A stretch of DNA of 64,000 bases from Anolis carolinensis (GCF_035594765.1 NC_085843.1:67316201-67380200), one strand, 5' to 3'; shown: positions 38,426-52,189, counted from the first letter of the stretch. Program-made: numbers and translations. The notes: generated by a model from the sequence alone, not told the origin.

Positions 38426-38584
38426 CAGTTTTATCCAGTACAGACTTCTGACATAACTGTGCTGAGAAAATATGCCTTCCTCCATATTATCTTTCATCAT
38501 GGACCCTAAAGGTTATTGGCCTATATAAGAAAAAACAGTGAAATTGCCTATAGAAGCAAATGTAGATTTGAGAATGGGAGAGTT

Positions 38585-38810
38585 AGACCCCTTCTACACA
38601 TCCCAGGATCTGATCCTAGATTATCTTCTTATCCCAGATTATATGGCGGTGTAGACTCAGGCCCCTTCTACACTGACCTATATCCCAGGATCTGATCCTA
38701 GATTATTTGCTATATACGTGATTATATGAGTCTCCACTGCCAGATAATCTAGGATAAGCAGCCAACCTCAGATCAAATCTTGGGATATAAGGACAGTGTA
38801 GAAGGGGCCT
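38585..38810. mobile_element. Palindromic MITE cluster (CCCCTTCTACAC...GTGTAGAAGGGGCC)
   Basis: Inverted termini and tatcccaggatctgatcc..gattat arms; recurs at 40612-40750, 41840-42360 and 49200-49800. Confidence 0.7.
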
Positions 38811-38864
38811 TGGATTCTCATCATAAAATCATTAAAGTAACTGTGAAGTAACAGTAGCCTACTC

Positions 38865-39004
38865 ATAGAAGCATAGAATCATAGAATCGTAGAGTTGGAA
38901 GAGACCTCACAGGCCATCCAGTCCAAACCCCTGAAAGAAGCAGGAATATCTCATTCAAAGTACCCCCGACAGATGGCCATTCAGCCTCTGCTTAAAAGCC
39001 TCCA
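38865..39004 (-). mobile_element. CR1 3' end
   Basis: (CATAGAAT)n terminal repeat, gagttggaagagacc, cagcctctgcttaaaagcctcca. Confidence 0.85.
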
Positions 39005-39843
39005 AATTATACTTAGTGCATAAATCCAGCAAGCTTTATAAAATAACTTTCCAAATTAATCACATTTGGTTCAGTTCAGATATATTCATTACATGTTATT
39101 ATTTTTATAATGACTCTTATTTTTTGTTTAAATATGGATCTGCAAGGGTTTGGTGGGATGGTTATTTGTCTATGTACTTTTCTTTTTTCTGGCATTGAAT
39201 ATTTGCTGACTTTGTTGTTCACCACCCTTCAGGAATATAGGACAGTATATAAATACGGTTTTATTATTATTATATCAATTTGGACACGTCTACTCAAATT
39301 GCAGTTGGTGAGGCCTATGTTCAGTTGACATACACTGTATCTGTGATGGACATTTATAACAGTTTGATACCATTTTAGCTGTTATGGAACCTTCCCAGGG
39401 AAGCCTCACGTATTTGTAGTTTGGTGAGATGATAGAATTTTCTGGCAAAGATCTCAATATACTCCTACTATAAATTATAGGTAATAGAGTTCTTTCAATG
39501 AAAATTCTGAGTAGCTGATCAAACTACAGATTTCAAAATCCCATAAAATTAATCCATGACAATTGCAATAGCATCCAAGTGTGTAGCTAGCGATACCGAG
39601 TCTTAATCAAACAAGTATAGACATGCATGTAGATATGGTAAAATCAAATCAACAAAACATTACAGCTTGATCTACACAATATTTTCATGAAGGAAATAAA
39701 CTTGTAGAAATAAAGAATTCAATTAGTAAAAATGTTCAACTCTTGGTTCATCTGACAGTGGTTTTGAAGCTATGCAGGAGGTGCAGGTATAGTAGAAACT
39801 GGCAATTTCTTCCTCAGATACATGACATCTTCATCCTCTATGA

Positions 39844-39977
39844 CAGTGGTTTTTAACCTTTGGCCCCCAGCTGTTTTGGACTACAACTCCCAGAAATTCT
39901 AGCTGGTTTACCCACTGTTAGGATTTCTGGGATTCGAAGGCCAAAACAACTGGGGACCCACAGGTTGGGAAACACTG
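39844..39977. mobile_element. Short palindromic hAT MITE (URR1-like)
   Basis: Homologous to 38078-38212; TSD CTCTATGA/CTTTATGA. Confidence 0.85.
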
Positions 39978-40164
39978 CTTTATGATTCTGTGCACGCCTT
40001 GGAAAGAATACCCTCTGGTCTGTCTTGGGAGTATATATGCAGCTGCTTTGCCAACCCCTAATTGACCATTAGATTGAATTTAGCACTTTATTTCCAGCCC
40101 TGGCCTGCTTTTTGCGCAAGGCCATGCCCAGCCCTCTCTAATTTCTGATCTTGCCCACCATATT

Positions 40165-40389
40165 CCTGGTTCTGATTATTGATGTTTGCTTTGATTCATT
40201 TTAATGATGTTTTTATATTTTGCTGTTTTTAATTGTTTAATTAGATTATTTTATGTTTTTTATGCTTTCAAATGTGCTTTTAGTTGATAAATTCTGTTGT
40301 TGCTGTGCTTGGTCCCGCTTGTAAGCCGCCCTGAGTCCCTTTGGAGAGATGGTGGCAGGAAAAATAAAATTATTATTATTATTAGTATT

Positions 40390-40445
<56 letters not shown>
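40165..40445 (+). mobile_element. L2-type 3' tail with (TTA)n
   Basis: tgtaagccgccctgagtcccttt..aataaa(tta)n. Confidence 0.7.
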
Positions 40446-40611
40446 CCCTGCTGCCTTCTCACCTTCCCACCTTCATTGGTTTAGAGATGTTTCATATGTG
40501 ATGCATGTGTTTTAATGTTTATGTATTGTCACAACACAGGCAATGTGGCATAGAGACTGGAGTGAGGTCTTATGGGAGTTGAGATGTGGCAAAAAGGCAG
40601 AACCCTGGCTC

Positions 40612-41731
40612 AGGGCCCTATATCCCAGGATCTGATCCCAGGCTTTCTGTTTATCCCAGATTATATGGCAGTGTGGACTCATATAATCCAGTTTAAAGCA
40701 GAAAGTCTGGTATCAGATCCTGGGATATAGGACCTGTCTGGAAGGGCCGTTAGGGGGCTGAAGTGCATGTCTACACATAAAACGATAGAGAATCATTCAA
40801 TGGCTGTGTGTCCAAGTAGATTTCACAGCTCTGGTTTTCCTTCTCAGCCAAGCCAGAAGTGGGGGACATCAGATAACAGTCACGTTATTTGAACTATGAG
40901 TCCAAAGCACCCTGCAGCTGTCATAAATAAGGTGTTGTTATACCCAAGGACATTGTTGGTGTGTGTGTGTGGGGGGGGGGGGGCTTCCACACAGCAGTAT
41001 AAAATTCAAATTGAACTGGGTTATGTGGCAATGTGGATTCAGATAATCCAGTTCAAAGCAGATATTGTGAATCATCTGTCTTGATATTCTGGATTATATG
41101 TCTGTGTGGAAGGGTCCAAAGATGGAGAGGGGTATGTATGTGCATGTATGTGCCTGTATCCCTTCTCCACATTATGACTTCAATGTTAGAGCTACAAAGT
41201 GTGTTACACTGATTAAATAGATTCTCAGCTGTGAATAACAATTATTTTAAGTCATGAGTTACACTGAAAGCTAGAGTTCTCAGTTCCCAGGCTGCAACAT
41301 GACAATCCATCTTCCCATCTGTATCTTGGAGGCTTCCCATTGCAGTCAGAGCCGGTCCAAGATAATTTTCAAGTGTAGGCGAACAGAAATTTTGGAACCC
41401 CCCCCCCCCCAAAAAAAAAAACCAATCACTGAACTACTAGGTTGGCAGAAGCTGGAGCTAACAGCGGGAGCTCACCCTGCTCCCCAGATTCAAACAGCCA
41501 ACGAATTATTGGGTTGCTGACCTGAAGGTGACAGCGGCGGTGGCCGTTACCTTCCTGCCAGAGCAGTACCTATTGATCTACTCACATTTGCATGTTTTCA
41601 AACTGCTAGGCTGGAAGAAGCTGAGGCTAACAGCGAGTGCTCACTCCGCTCCCCAGATCTGAACCTGCAACCTTTCGGTCAGCAAGTTCAGTAGCTCAGT
41701 GGTTTAACCCACTGCGCCACTGGGAGCTCCC

Positions 41732-41808
<77 letters not shown>

Positions 41809-42360
41809 TCACACACACACACACCCATATTCCTCCTCCAGGACCTTCACCTACATTGGCCTATATCCCAAGATCTGATTCCAGATTATCTGTTTATCCC
41901 AGATTATCTGGCAGTGAAGATTAATATAATCCATTTCAAAACCTAGAATGAGATCCTGGGACCATGCTCACCACTTGCACTAGATTATGATGGCAAGGAT
42001 CATTTTTCCCTAAGGCCCCTTCCACACAGCTGAATAAAATCCCTCATTTTCTGCTTTGAACTGGGATATAAGGCAATGTGGACTCAGATAACCCAGTCCA
42101 AAGCAGACACTGTGGGATTTTCTGTCTTGATATTTAGGGTTATATGGCTGCGTGGAAGCAACCTAGGTTATCTGAGTCCACACTGCCATATATTCCAATT
42201 CAAAGCAGATATTGTGGGATTTTCTGCCTTGATATTCTGGGTTATATGGCTGTGTGGGTTGTCTGCGTCTACATATAACCCAGATATTCTGGGTTATATG
42301 GCTGTGTGGAAGGCCCTCAAGGCCCTTTCTACACTGCCATATAATCCAGATTATCAAATC
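40612..42360. mobile_element. Cluster of palindromic MITE arms, Sauria SINE fragments (41430-41730, minus) and a (CA)n(TA)n microsatellite (41733-41823)
   Basis: Repeated ggttatatggctgtgtgg, ccacactgccatata and aaagcagatattgtgg motifs; SINE core gtacctattgatctactcacatttgcatg. Confidence 0.7.
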
Positions 42361-42372
42361 AGATCACCCACA

Positions 42373-42403
<31 letters not shown>

Positions 42404-42734
42404 TGCATTTATATCCCGCCCTTCTCACCCCAAAGGGGAATCAGAGTGGCTTACAAATTAAATTTAAATACAATATTATATTATTAACATAGCACGAGAC
42501 TGGCAATAAATTACCATATTGTACTATATCTATATATTGTAATATTATTATTAATATTACATGTAATATATGATATATAATTTATATTAATATATTATAT
42601 TATTAGTATTATATTTTATTACAAAATAATATTAATATTATATGCATATACAATATATTATAATATATATTATTGTAAATTATATTGTATATATGTATAT
42701 ATGTATATATGCATGTGTGTATACAAACACATAT

Positions 42735-43670
42735 ATTAGGAGAAAGAACTCTTGTCTGCTTGCATTTGCCACCTTGATTAGCATATGGCCAGCAGTTTCA
42801 AGGCCTGGCTGGTAGCTGCCTGGAGGAATCCTTTGTTAACACCTCCCAACAAAGGATTCCTTTAGGCAGGAATCAATGAAGTTAACCCACATGTTGAAAC
42901 TAGATTATATGACAGTGTAGATGGGGCCTTAATTGAACTCTACTGTGCACCATTTTTTTTGGGGGGGGGGATATAGCAATAGTATTATTCTGCTTCTAGA
43001 TATTTCTTTAAAATCTAAATAAGGTAGTGTAGAGGGATACATGGAAAACTACTGGGTTGCCATTTGCTGTGGCTTTTATTGTGCTTTTTGCTGCATGGAA
43101 GCAGGAGGGGGTTGGACTAAATGGCCTTTCTGGGTCTCTTCCTACTCTCCCTAATACCTCCTTAGAGCATTCCTTCTCTTGGTTTCTCTTGAAATCCACA
43201 AGCATGTGGACAATTTCAACAGAAAGAAGGAAACCATGATAAAAATGAACAAAATCTGGAAACCAATATTTGAAAAACTCTAAAATCAAAACAGTAAACA
43301 AAGAGCAAAATCCAAAAGTTGGGGGAATCAAAACAAAAATAAATCATTAAGTGAGGTTTATTTATGTCCAGGGTGGGAGAAAGAACCCTTGTCTGTTTGA
43401 GGTACTGTGAATGTTGCAGTTTGCCACCTTGATTAGCTTATGGCCAGCAGTTTCAAGGCCTGGCTGGTAGCTGCCTGGAGGAATCCTTTGTTAACACCTC
43501 CCAACAAAGGATTCCTCTAGGTAGAAATCAGCCAGGCTTTGAAACTGCAAGCCCATTCAATGCTAATCAAGGTGGCCAACTGCACCTCAAACAGACAAGA
43601 GTTCTTTCCCCCACCCTGACTTGAAGGCACCGAAACAACAGCTCCCAGTATCAAGACAGACATCACTGCC
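42735..43670. mobile_element. Penelope-like element fragments, including inverted terminal pieces
   Basis: EIHKHVDNFNRK..MNKIWKPI (end of the GIY-YIG domain) at ~43190-43270 (+); aacacctcccaacaaaggattcc motif and its inverse at 42820-42865 and 43480-43515. Confidence 0.75.
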
Positions 43671-43671
43671 A

Positions 43672-44060
43672 TGCAGGGCGGTGGGCGGGGCCAGGCAGGA
43701 GGCGGGGCCACCCAACCAGCCTGGTCCCGCCCCCGCACGGCCTGGCCCCGCCCCCTGCATGGTCTGGCCCCGCCCCCCACCTGGCTGACGCTGTTGCAGC
43801 CTGCCTGGGCCTTCCCTCACAGAGAGAAGGCCCACGCCGTGGTGGGAAGGCCCGGGCCTGGTCGTGGTGGGGCCAGGCCCTGCGGTCCACAGTGGGAGGC
43901 CCCAGCCGGGCTGGCCCCGCCCCCTGCCTGGCTGCCCTTGCTGCTGCGGCCTGCCTGGGACTTTCCTCGTGGAGGGAAGGCCCGGGCTGAAGGGCAAGGA
44001 GGCGGGAGATGGCGCCATCCTCCCAGGGGGCTCGAGGGCTCCCCCAGGAGGGAGGCGCCA
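43672..44060. repeat. GC-rich degenerate repeat (ggccccgcccc / cctgcctgg units)
   Basis: Direct observation; contains an internal ~150-bp duplication. Confidence 0.7.
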
Positions 44061-44222
44061 CAGGCAAATGACTATTTTGCCTGACGATTGAACCGCCTCT
44101 GATTGCAGTCTTCCCAGGGGCTATATGAAGTACTCAACTCTGAATCAGTCCCCAGATAAGTGGCCTGTGTAGATGTGTCCTTAGTCATATTTAGAGCTGA
44201 CTCACTGAACTCAATGGAGACA

Positions 44223-44440
44223 TATTTATTTATTTATTTACAGTATTTATATTCCGCCCTTCTCACCCCGAAGGGGACTCAGGGCGGATCACATTATAAC
44301 ACACATAGGGCAAACATTCAATGCCCATAAACACATCAAACAGAGACTGAGAGACACACACGCAGAGGCAAGTTAACTTTCTTCTGAGGGGATGTTCGAT
44401 TCTGGCCACAGGGGGGAGCAGCTGCTTCATCATCCACACT
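44223..44440 (-). mobile_element. Anolis SINE2-type SINE, 3' half
   Basis: Reverse complement matches 11697-11900. Confidence 0.88.
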
Positions 44441-46639
44441 GGGTCTTAATAGCTGTCTACAGAATTACAGTCTATGTTGACTCCTATTTACTGCATGGTT
44501 TCAGCTCTAAGTATGATTCAGTCTAGAATTCTTATATTTTGCACAGAATTCTCCTGAAAATAGCTATGTAGTCTTAGGAATGGCAAAGTAATGCTAAGCC
44601 TCCCTGTATTCCTACTTTTCTTTTTCACAAAAATTGAGATACATATAAGAAATACATGCTTTGGATCAACCCATTAATTATCATATTCAGTGGTGCTTTG
44701 TTTACTGCTTATCTCTTCCCCAGTGTAACCATCTTGGCAAGAATGGTGGGCAGACACAGGAACAGGACTTATAGATGCCTTTCCCAAGTCCTTTATGACT
44801 AATAGTTTGCGTGAAGTGCTAATAATCAGCTCAGCATGATCAAAAATGTTTCTACAAGGATGTGTGCAATACTAGTACTTGTCCATTTCAGTGTTGATGT
44901 GATAAACTCTCAAACAAGTAGGGAATTGCAGTGTTTCTGAGAGTAATTATTTTCTAACTGATAGCTAATCCATAACATTAGATGTAATTATTTTGATTGA
45001 AGAACCGAGTTCATGCAGTGGAGAAAGTTTGAAACAAGTTTGACTAGATGCAATCAATATGATAAAATATGCAACAAGTTACATGGAAAGTAGATAGTTC
45101 ACCTTCTCTAGCATTTGGCAGCTGTCAGCCGGCACCGGTATTAGAGAACACGTGGATTGATGGTGAAAGGATGACTTGCATTTTGGAGAGAAATTAAATT
45201 GAAAAATGGAATGCCATCCTCCTTTTGGTATTGCGGAAGTGGTTTTGATCCTTGCATGCTGTGAAGATGATGTTTATTAAAAGCTTTGAACATGTGAGAC
45301 GGAACAACTGTTACTTTAATCATTCTAACCTTGACTGGCTCAAACCTATTAAAGGATGCAATGCTTCCTCAAGCTATTTTCCCCCCGCTTTCACCCCCTT
45401 CCAAGCACTGCCAAAGCAAGCCATTTGGTTCATTTGTCAGATACAAAGCTCAAAATATGTCTTCTGGGCTGAATTGTCATATGCTGCTGCTGTATTAATT
45501 AAGGAACAAACTTCAAATACTTCCAATCCTGGGTGACTTGGAAACATATTAGACCCCCTGGGCAGCTTTTCCAACTGTTATCTCACTTTCTCACCATGCT
45601 CATATCTTCTCAATCACCTACATGCTTCTTCTCTCACTCCTTTTTTTGTTTTGTTTTTTTTTTTTGCTTCTCTGTAGTGGATTAAAATTTATCTCTGTTC
45701 AACAATGCCTCAAGTTCATTTCAGCAGCCTGGTACCCTGTTTTCTTCTTCTTGCTTTCACAAAGGCAAAGATATGTTTTTTGCAGTCAGTGGTATTTGTA
45801 AATTATTGTGGAGAAAAAAATATTAAAACAAGATGTAGGTTGGTAATTAATTCACCCTCAACAAACTGAATTAAGATTTAATCAGACCAAATTGAGGTGA
45901 ATGTTAGCCTTCCATGGCCCATAGGTGTCCCTATTATGAGGAGCCAATATATTTTTAATTCTTTCTCTTGTGAAATATTGATCCTTAATTTGGTTTTGGG
46001 GAGAGGAAGAAGATCTGTGTCTGTGTGCTCATGTATCTATATATAGAATTTAGGAATGTTACTTCTTGTACTACAATTCTCTGAACATTTTGTACTGTAA
46101 CAGCCTGAAACTAAGCTGCATTAGAAATATAACTAATTCAAATTCTTTTCTAAGAGATAACCTTATAGTCTATTTTAATTTAGTGAAAAAAGGGGGATTT
46201 TGTGGTACTTTCAAGGTTAACTAATTTTTTTCAGCTAAACTTCCATGGACGTTTTTATTTAGACACTTTCTTCAGATGAATGCAATAAAGGCTCAGTGGA
46301 CAGACAAACACAAACAGTAGGGTGTTTAGAAAAGTGGGAAATATAATGTAATATGCAGGAAAAACATGCTGGAAGATGATGGAGTGGAACATTCAGTCTT
46401 AATGGTAGTCACCAAGAGTAGTTAAAAGGAGGACAGATTTTCCTAAGTTATTTTGTTTCTCTGGCCTCATATACATACAGAAATAGATAAGTATGTGAAC
46501 ATACCTAGAGAAAAATAATTGCACTGCAGGTGGGGCAAAATGTCTTTCAATGCCCAGGATTTGATGCAAACTCTAACCAAATCCTGCCAATAAGACTTCA
46601 GGAAAAATCCATAAATGTAATCAAAATCCAAGTTTAAGT

Positions 46640-46988
46640 TCCAACTATAGAGGCAGAAGAAAAAGAAAAAAAATTGAAATATTATATGCTGGAGTCCAGA
46701 AGGAAATTGATCACATACCAAAACAAAATGTCTTGTTACTCATAGGCAACAGGAATGCAAAATTAGGAAACAACGCAGAATAAAGCTTACAGGAAACATT
46801 GGCATAGTATCACAAAATGATTCAGGACAACGATTGCTTGGGTTTTGTGAGACGAAAAGTCTGCAAAAATATTCTTCCTATGAAAAAGCTGCACCCATGG
46901 ACATCACCTGATGGACAATGTAGAAATTAAATACTTAGTTAGAAGTAGAAAACAGAGAAGCTTCATTCTCTCTGCAAAAACAAGACTA
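46640..46988 (+). mobile_element. RTE-clade LINE endonuclease fragment, degenerate
   Basis: IEILYAGVQKEIDHIPKQNVLLLIGNRNAKLG..QNDSGQRLLGFCE..WTSPDGQCRN. Confidence 0.8.
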
Positions 46989-49125
46989 CATTGGATGCAA
47001 GCTGGATAGCAGGCTGATTTATAGTCCCTGGCTTATTTATTATTTCCTGATATCCTCTCAGTGCATTAGTTATGCAATTTGAAGTCCTAGACCATATCTT
47101 TATGGTACACAAGTGATGTTTTTATTGTGGAATTCTCCACTTGTTCATCAGGTGTTATCTAATGTCATCTAACTTTCAGGGTTAGCTTTGATCAATCTTT
47201 GTGATTTATGTTTACATATTTTAAAGGAATATCTGACAGTCTTCCCAGACTTGAAACCTAACCAAGGCTTTCTTGTTTATTATAAGATAGAAAATTGGCA
47301 GACATTATTAGTGAACATGATATATAGTCTATACATTATATAACTTTTCATTGTTGTTCTATAAACAGGCTGAGGGGTTGGTCACTGAAATTTTTCTAAC
47401 CTGTAACAACGCTCACATGTATTGTTTTTGCATATAATGTGTACTGTGTTGTTAAGATTCTCACTCATTTGTAATTCTCCTCAACATGTTATCCCAATTC
47501 TTCAGAAATAATTTTAATAGTTTCTTTTGAGTTTTTTTTTTAAAAAAATAGAACATTATTTCTATCCTCATTTGCAGCATACTACAATTGGTGATATGCT
47601 GTGATATACTGATCAAATGATATTGCTACTAAATTCATGGTGTTTTAAAAAATTCTAATTTGAAAAAAGACAATTTGTTTTCCCTTCCTGATAGCTGTAG
47701 TTGGCCCCTTCACTATATACTGGGAAAAGAAATATTTATGTTTCATTGAAGCTATGTTCTTACTTTATTTAGGAGAATGCCAAAACAAATTGTATTATGA
47801 TACATTTCTTTCTGTGTTGAAAATAGACAAGTGCAGAATTGGATTGGCAGAAATAATAATTTCACTTCTCCAGTTGTGCTAAAGCAATATTAAAGTAATT
47901 GTGAGAAAGCTCAATTCTTTTGCAATGCTTATTTGTTTCCTGCCTGCTGATGTTATGCTTTTAACATTTCACCCATTATAGTGTTCAAAGAAGGAATGTT
48001 TCTCTCTGGTCCATGGAATCAGAGCAGCATTCATAAAATACCAAAAGCAATGACCTTTGAGGCAGCAACAATTCAAAAGATTTCTTTCTCTGTGTTCTTT
48101 GCCACAGTAAATGCCCTTTATTTTTTATTCTTCATTTATCATCTGAGAACAGCAGGAGTTGATGTCTAGCCTAGTGTTTATTAGTTATTTGTGTTCAGGA
48201 TGATTACAAAAAAAGGAATAGCTTCTGTTTTTCCGTGTCAAAATTGCCTTTAATCGTCTGTATATGTCATCCTTAAAACATATTCTTCAGTGCCATGGCA
48301 TGTCAATTAAGTTACTAAAAATCAAGAATCACAATCACAGTAGATACAATTATGGAATAAGATGGTAAGTTTCTGTTTGTTGTTGAATAATGTTGATGTG
48401 GTCTGTCAAGGAAAGAAAACATTTACGTGGTAGCAATTAATCTGGAGTCCTTGATTCCATCCATGACATTTGGTTTTATAAAATGATTTGTAAAGTCGAA
48501 CTGCAGCTTAAGTAAAAAGACCTACAAAAATAATATGTAGAAGTTGCTTATTGTTCCAAATGCCTTCAATTCACTGAAACATGTACAGTAATATAGAAGC
48601 AGTGGAAGCAGTGGATGTGGCAGTGTGCCTTATTTCAAGGTTGGGAATTATGTGGCCTTCCAGATGTTGTTAAACTGCAAGTTGTAACATCTGTAGCCAG
48701 AATATCCAGGGATGAGGTATGCTGGTATGTAGCATAGGCATGATCAAAATATCGAAATGATTCTTAATTCGGATTAATTTCAGATGTATCCGGCTTTTTG
48801 AACTGGTATCCGAGGCAGACTAGCACAGCCATTAAGCTTGGTAATTCGAAGCATTGTCACCCTACTCTTGTTATATCGCTTTATTTTTTTCGTTATTTTT
48901 TCCCCCACAAAAATATTTTTTAAAAAATAAAAAATTAATGCAACGGAATTTGATTGGGAACGCAGCACAGCCAAACATGGATCGGCTCCCTGACCAATCA
49001 GAGGAGTCCACAATGGATGCAAGGGTGGGGGCCAATGTCCTCTGCGTGCTCATGCTTTAGTTTTCTAGAAAAGCGTGCGAGGGTGGGTGGATGGATGGTG
49101 TAGTCTGTGGGCTGGGGACATATAT

Positions 49126-49185
49126 TCTCCTCCTCCTCCTCCTCCTCCTCCTCCTCCTCCTCCTCCTCCTCCTCCTCCTCCTCCT
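49126..49185. repeat. (CCT)n microsatellite
   Basis: Direct observation. Confidence 0.95.
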
Positions 49186-49464
49186 CGTTTGCAAGATCAG
49201 GCTGGATCTACACTGCCCTATATCCTAGGCTCCTATCCCAGTTTATCTGATTTAAACTGGATTATATAAATCCCCACTGCCATATATTCTGACATAAGAA
49301 GAAAAGTGATGGGTCTTGGCACACAGCTGTGAATCCTGGGGGAGTTTTGGGAAGGTTGACTTTTGGGAATTGTAGTTCACCCATACATGTTCTCATGGGA
49401 GCATTCATAAAAAACAAAAGACTGAGGTTTTTTCCTAAAACATAGTGTAGCATCTGAAAAAACA

Positions 49465-49660
49465 CATCCCTGAGCGCTTTCCCTCCTGGATTAAAAGCGG
49501 GATAAGCCCCATCGAAGAAGTTCACTCACTGGTTTAAATGTGGGATAAGCCCATCGAAGAAACTTACTCCTGAGATCTTTCCCTCCTGGTTTAAAAGTGG
49601 GATAAGTCCCATCAAAGAAACTCACTACGGAGAGCTTTCCCTCCTGGTTTAAAAGCGGGC
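49465..49660. repeat. Short tandem repeat ctttccctcctggtttaaaag.gggataagcccc.tcgaagaa
   Basis: About four imperfect copies. Confidence 0.8.
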
Positions 49661-49818
49661 TAAACCTCATTACCTCATTAGAGTGTGGAAGAGTAATAAT
49701 CACTAATCAGGCTGGATCTACACTGCCCTATATCCCAGGATCTGATTCCAGATTATCTGATTCAAACTGGATTATATGAGTTCCCACTGCATATAATATT
49801 GGATAAGAAGTGACAGAT

Positions 49819-52189
49819 TGTTTGTCCTGTTTTCTTCTTTATTGCTCTTTGTGGTTTACTTTATTTTAGATTAATAACTTTAGCTTATTTTCTTTTGTCC
49901 ATTCTTGTAGTATCTGTGGAATTGTTCTAAAATATCCCGGTCCTTTGTATAGGTCTTGTCCCCTATGGTTGTGTTGCTCTTGTTTCTTTTTACTAAGTTT
50001 TCTTGAAAGCCATCTTCCCGGCTTGTTGGTATTTTGAAATTGGTATTGTTTTAAAAATTTTAGATCTTTTGCCAACTGGTCCAACTCCATAAAATTCTTT
50101 TGTTTATTCAAAAGGTTCAGTTCTTGTTTCAGTTTATTGTTTCCTGGTTGGCGCTTTAACTTTTTCTCTGTTGTTTCTATTTCTCTTTGTAATTCTTTTA
50201 ATTTCTGGGTTTTCATCTTGTTTCTGATGCTGTTTTGTTGGATGAAGTGGCCCCTCATCACGGCCTTACTCGCCTCCCAAGTGATTTGATTGTCCGTGTC
50301 CTCTGGGGAGTTTAGTAGAAAGTATTCTGTTAGAAATGTTTGGTTTTTTAGTACATCATCTTCTGATCTTAGCAGATTGTCGTTTAGTCTCCATTTTTTG
50401 TTTTCATTTCTTTGATTTATAACGATTTCCAGGGGGCAGTGGTCCAATATATGTCTTGGTAGTATTTTAATTTTGTCGATTTTAGAAGTGAGGGTCTTAG
50501 AAGTCCAGGCCATGTCTATACGGGACCATCCTTTATGCCTATCATTGATGTGGTGTACTCTCCAAGCATCTTCCAGAGCAAGATCTTTTTTGAGTGTCAA
50601 AATTTTTTCTGGTAATTTCCTTAATTTTAGTAATCCTTTTAAATTTTTTGGTGGGTTCGTATCTTGTTTTACTTCCATCACCCCATTAAAATCTCCAATT
50701 AACATTATGTCGTATGTTTCTTTTTCTATGATAAATTCTTTACGTTTTTCTATGAATTTTGTTTTGGGGCATATGCTCATTTGGGGCATATATGTTGCAT
50801 ACCAGTAGTTTTCTTCCCCCTTTTTCCAACTTCACTCCAATAATTCTGCCCTCAGAGTTTTTAAATGCTAAACTTGCTTGTAATGTGTCTTTAGCAAGTG
50901 GACATAGCACTAAACGAAACATGCAGAATAATCACAGGACGCCTTAAACCTACACCTGTTGATAAACTCTACAAGTTAGCTGGCATTGCCCCTCCTGACG
51001 TGCGATGGGAAGTTGCTGCTAACTGTGAGAGAAATAAGGTCGAACATTGTGAAAGCCATCCACTGCATGACTATTAGACTCCTCCCATCAGACTCAAATC
51101 AAGGAAGGGCTCATGAGAACCACCACTCCTCTTGATGTTCCTCTAGCAGCAGCAAGGGTGTCCCTCTGGGCAGCTAAACCTGGCAATTCCAACAGGATGG
51201 CCCCCCATGAGGGTCTTCCTCCTGGGGCAAACCAAGAATGGGCAGCTTGGAAGTCCCTGAACAGACTCAGAAGCGGAGTGGGCAGATCTAAAGACAACTT
51301 GGTGAGGTGGCACTACCTGGAGGAATCCTCCACCTTGTGTGACTGTGGAGCAGAACAAACAATTCCGCATTTGTATGCTTGCCCACAATGTCCTGCCTCA
51401 TGCACGGAGGAGGAGTTGTTTAAAGCAACGGACAATGCGGTTGCTGTTGCCCGCTTTTGGTCTAAAACTATTTAGTTGTTTGTGATTTCCTCTATTTTTA
51501 TCATCATTTTTTTTAAAAAATGTATTTGTTATGCAATGCTTTTGACATGAAATAAATAAATGTGTCTTTTACATAGATCACCACTCCCCTCTTCTTTACC
51601 GGTGCTAATGAATGATATTCCTTCCCAAGCAGTTTTTGTGTTAGGTGAACAGCATGTTTTTGACTTGTATATGTCTCCTGAAGGGCTATAAGGTCGTACC
51701 TCCCTTTCTTGAGTTGATTTAGTAGTTTTTCCCTCTTGTTGGGGGAGTTCAGCCCATTGACGTTATTTGAATAGCATTTTAGGGACCACTCCATGACTTT
51801 ATTTACCTTCTACCTCCTCCACCACTCTTTCCAGTGTCGCCTTTGCCATTCCAGGTGGTAATTCACATTTTGGCTTTCCTTTTTTTGTTTTTTTAGAGAT
51901 TTTTATACCAACCCACGATAAAGAAGAAAAGGAAGAAAGGAAGTTAGATACTTTTTCCTTTTCTCTCTCTCTCTTCTTTCTTTTCTTTTTTTTCTTTTTT
52001 CTCTCTCCCCTTTTTCAATTTTTTAAAAATCATTTTATCTTATTGTCCATCCCCCGGTAGTTTTTTTCCCTTTTTTTACCCCCCTTTCCTGTCCCCCTCC
52101 CATTTCTCCCTCCTTGGTCCCCTTTCACCCCTCCCTTGCTCCCCCCCCCCGAAAATCCCTCAATAAAAATTATTAAAGAAAGAAAGAAA
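49819..52189. mobile_element. L1 insertion with inverted 5' part (ORF2 endonuclease on minus; 3' UTR and A-tail on plus)
   Basis: Minus: SNNVNGLNSPNKR, LQET, RGVVIYV, NIYAPN, IGDFN, SRID, DHCP, WRLN, WEASKAVMRG. Plus: pyrimidine-rich UTR, AATAAA, A-rich tail. Flanks AAGAAGTGACAGAT / AAGAAGCGACGGAT. Confidence 0.8.
50893..51558 (+). mobile_element. Vingi/Ingi-type LINE 3' end nested in L1 ORF2
   Basis: WKSLNRLRSGVGR..CDCGAEQTIPHLYACP; (TAAA)n tail; 11-bp TSD AATGTGTCTTT (50882-50892, 51559-51569); the L1 frame rejoins as YVKDT|LQASL. Confidence 0.88.

Noticed and set aside
43517-44091. Several overlapping Gly/Pro/Arg-rich ORFs
   Set aside because: Expected from GC-rich repeat lacking stop codons; no recognisable domain.
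47975-48170. Possible host exon (AG at 47979-47980, 62-aa frame)
   Set aside because: Weak donor, no recognisable protein similarity and no partner exons.
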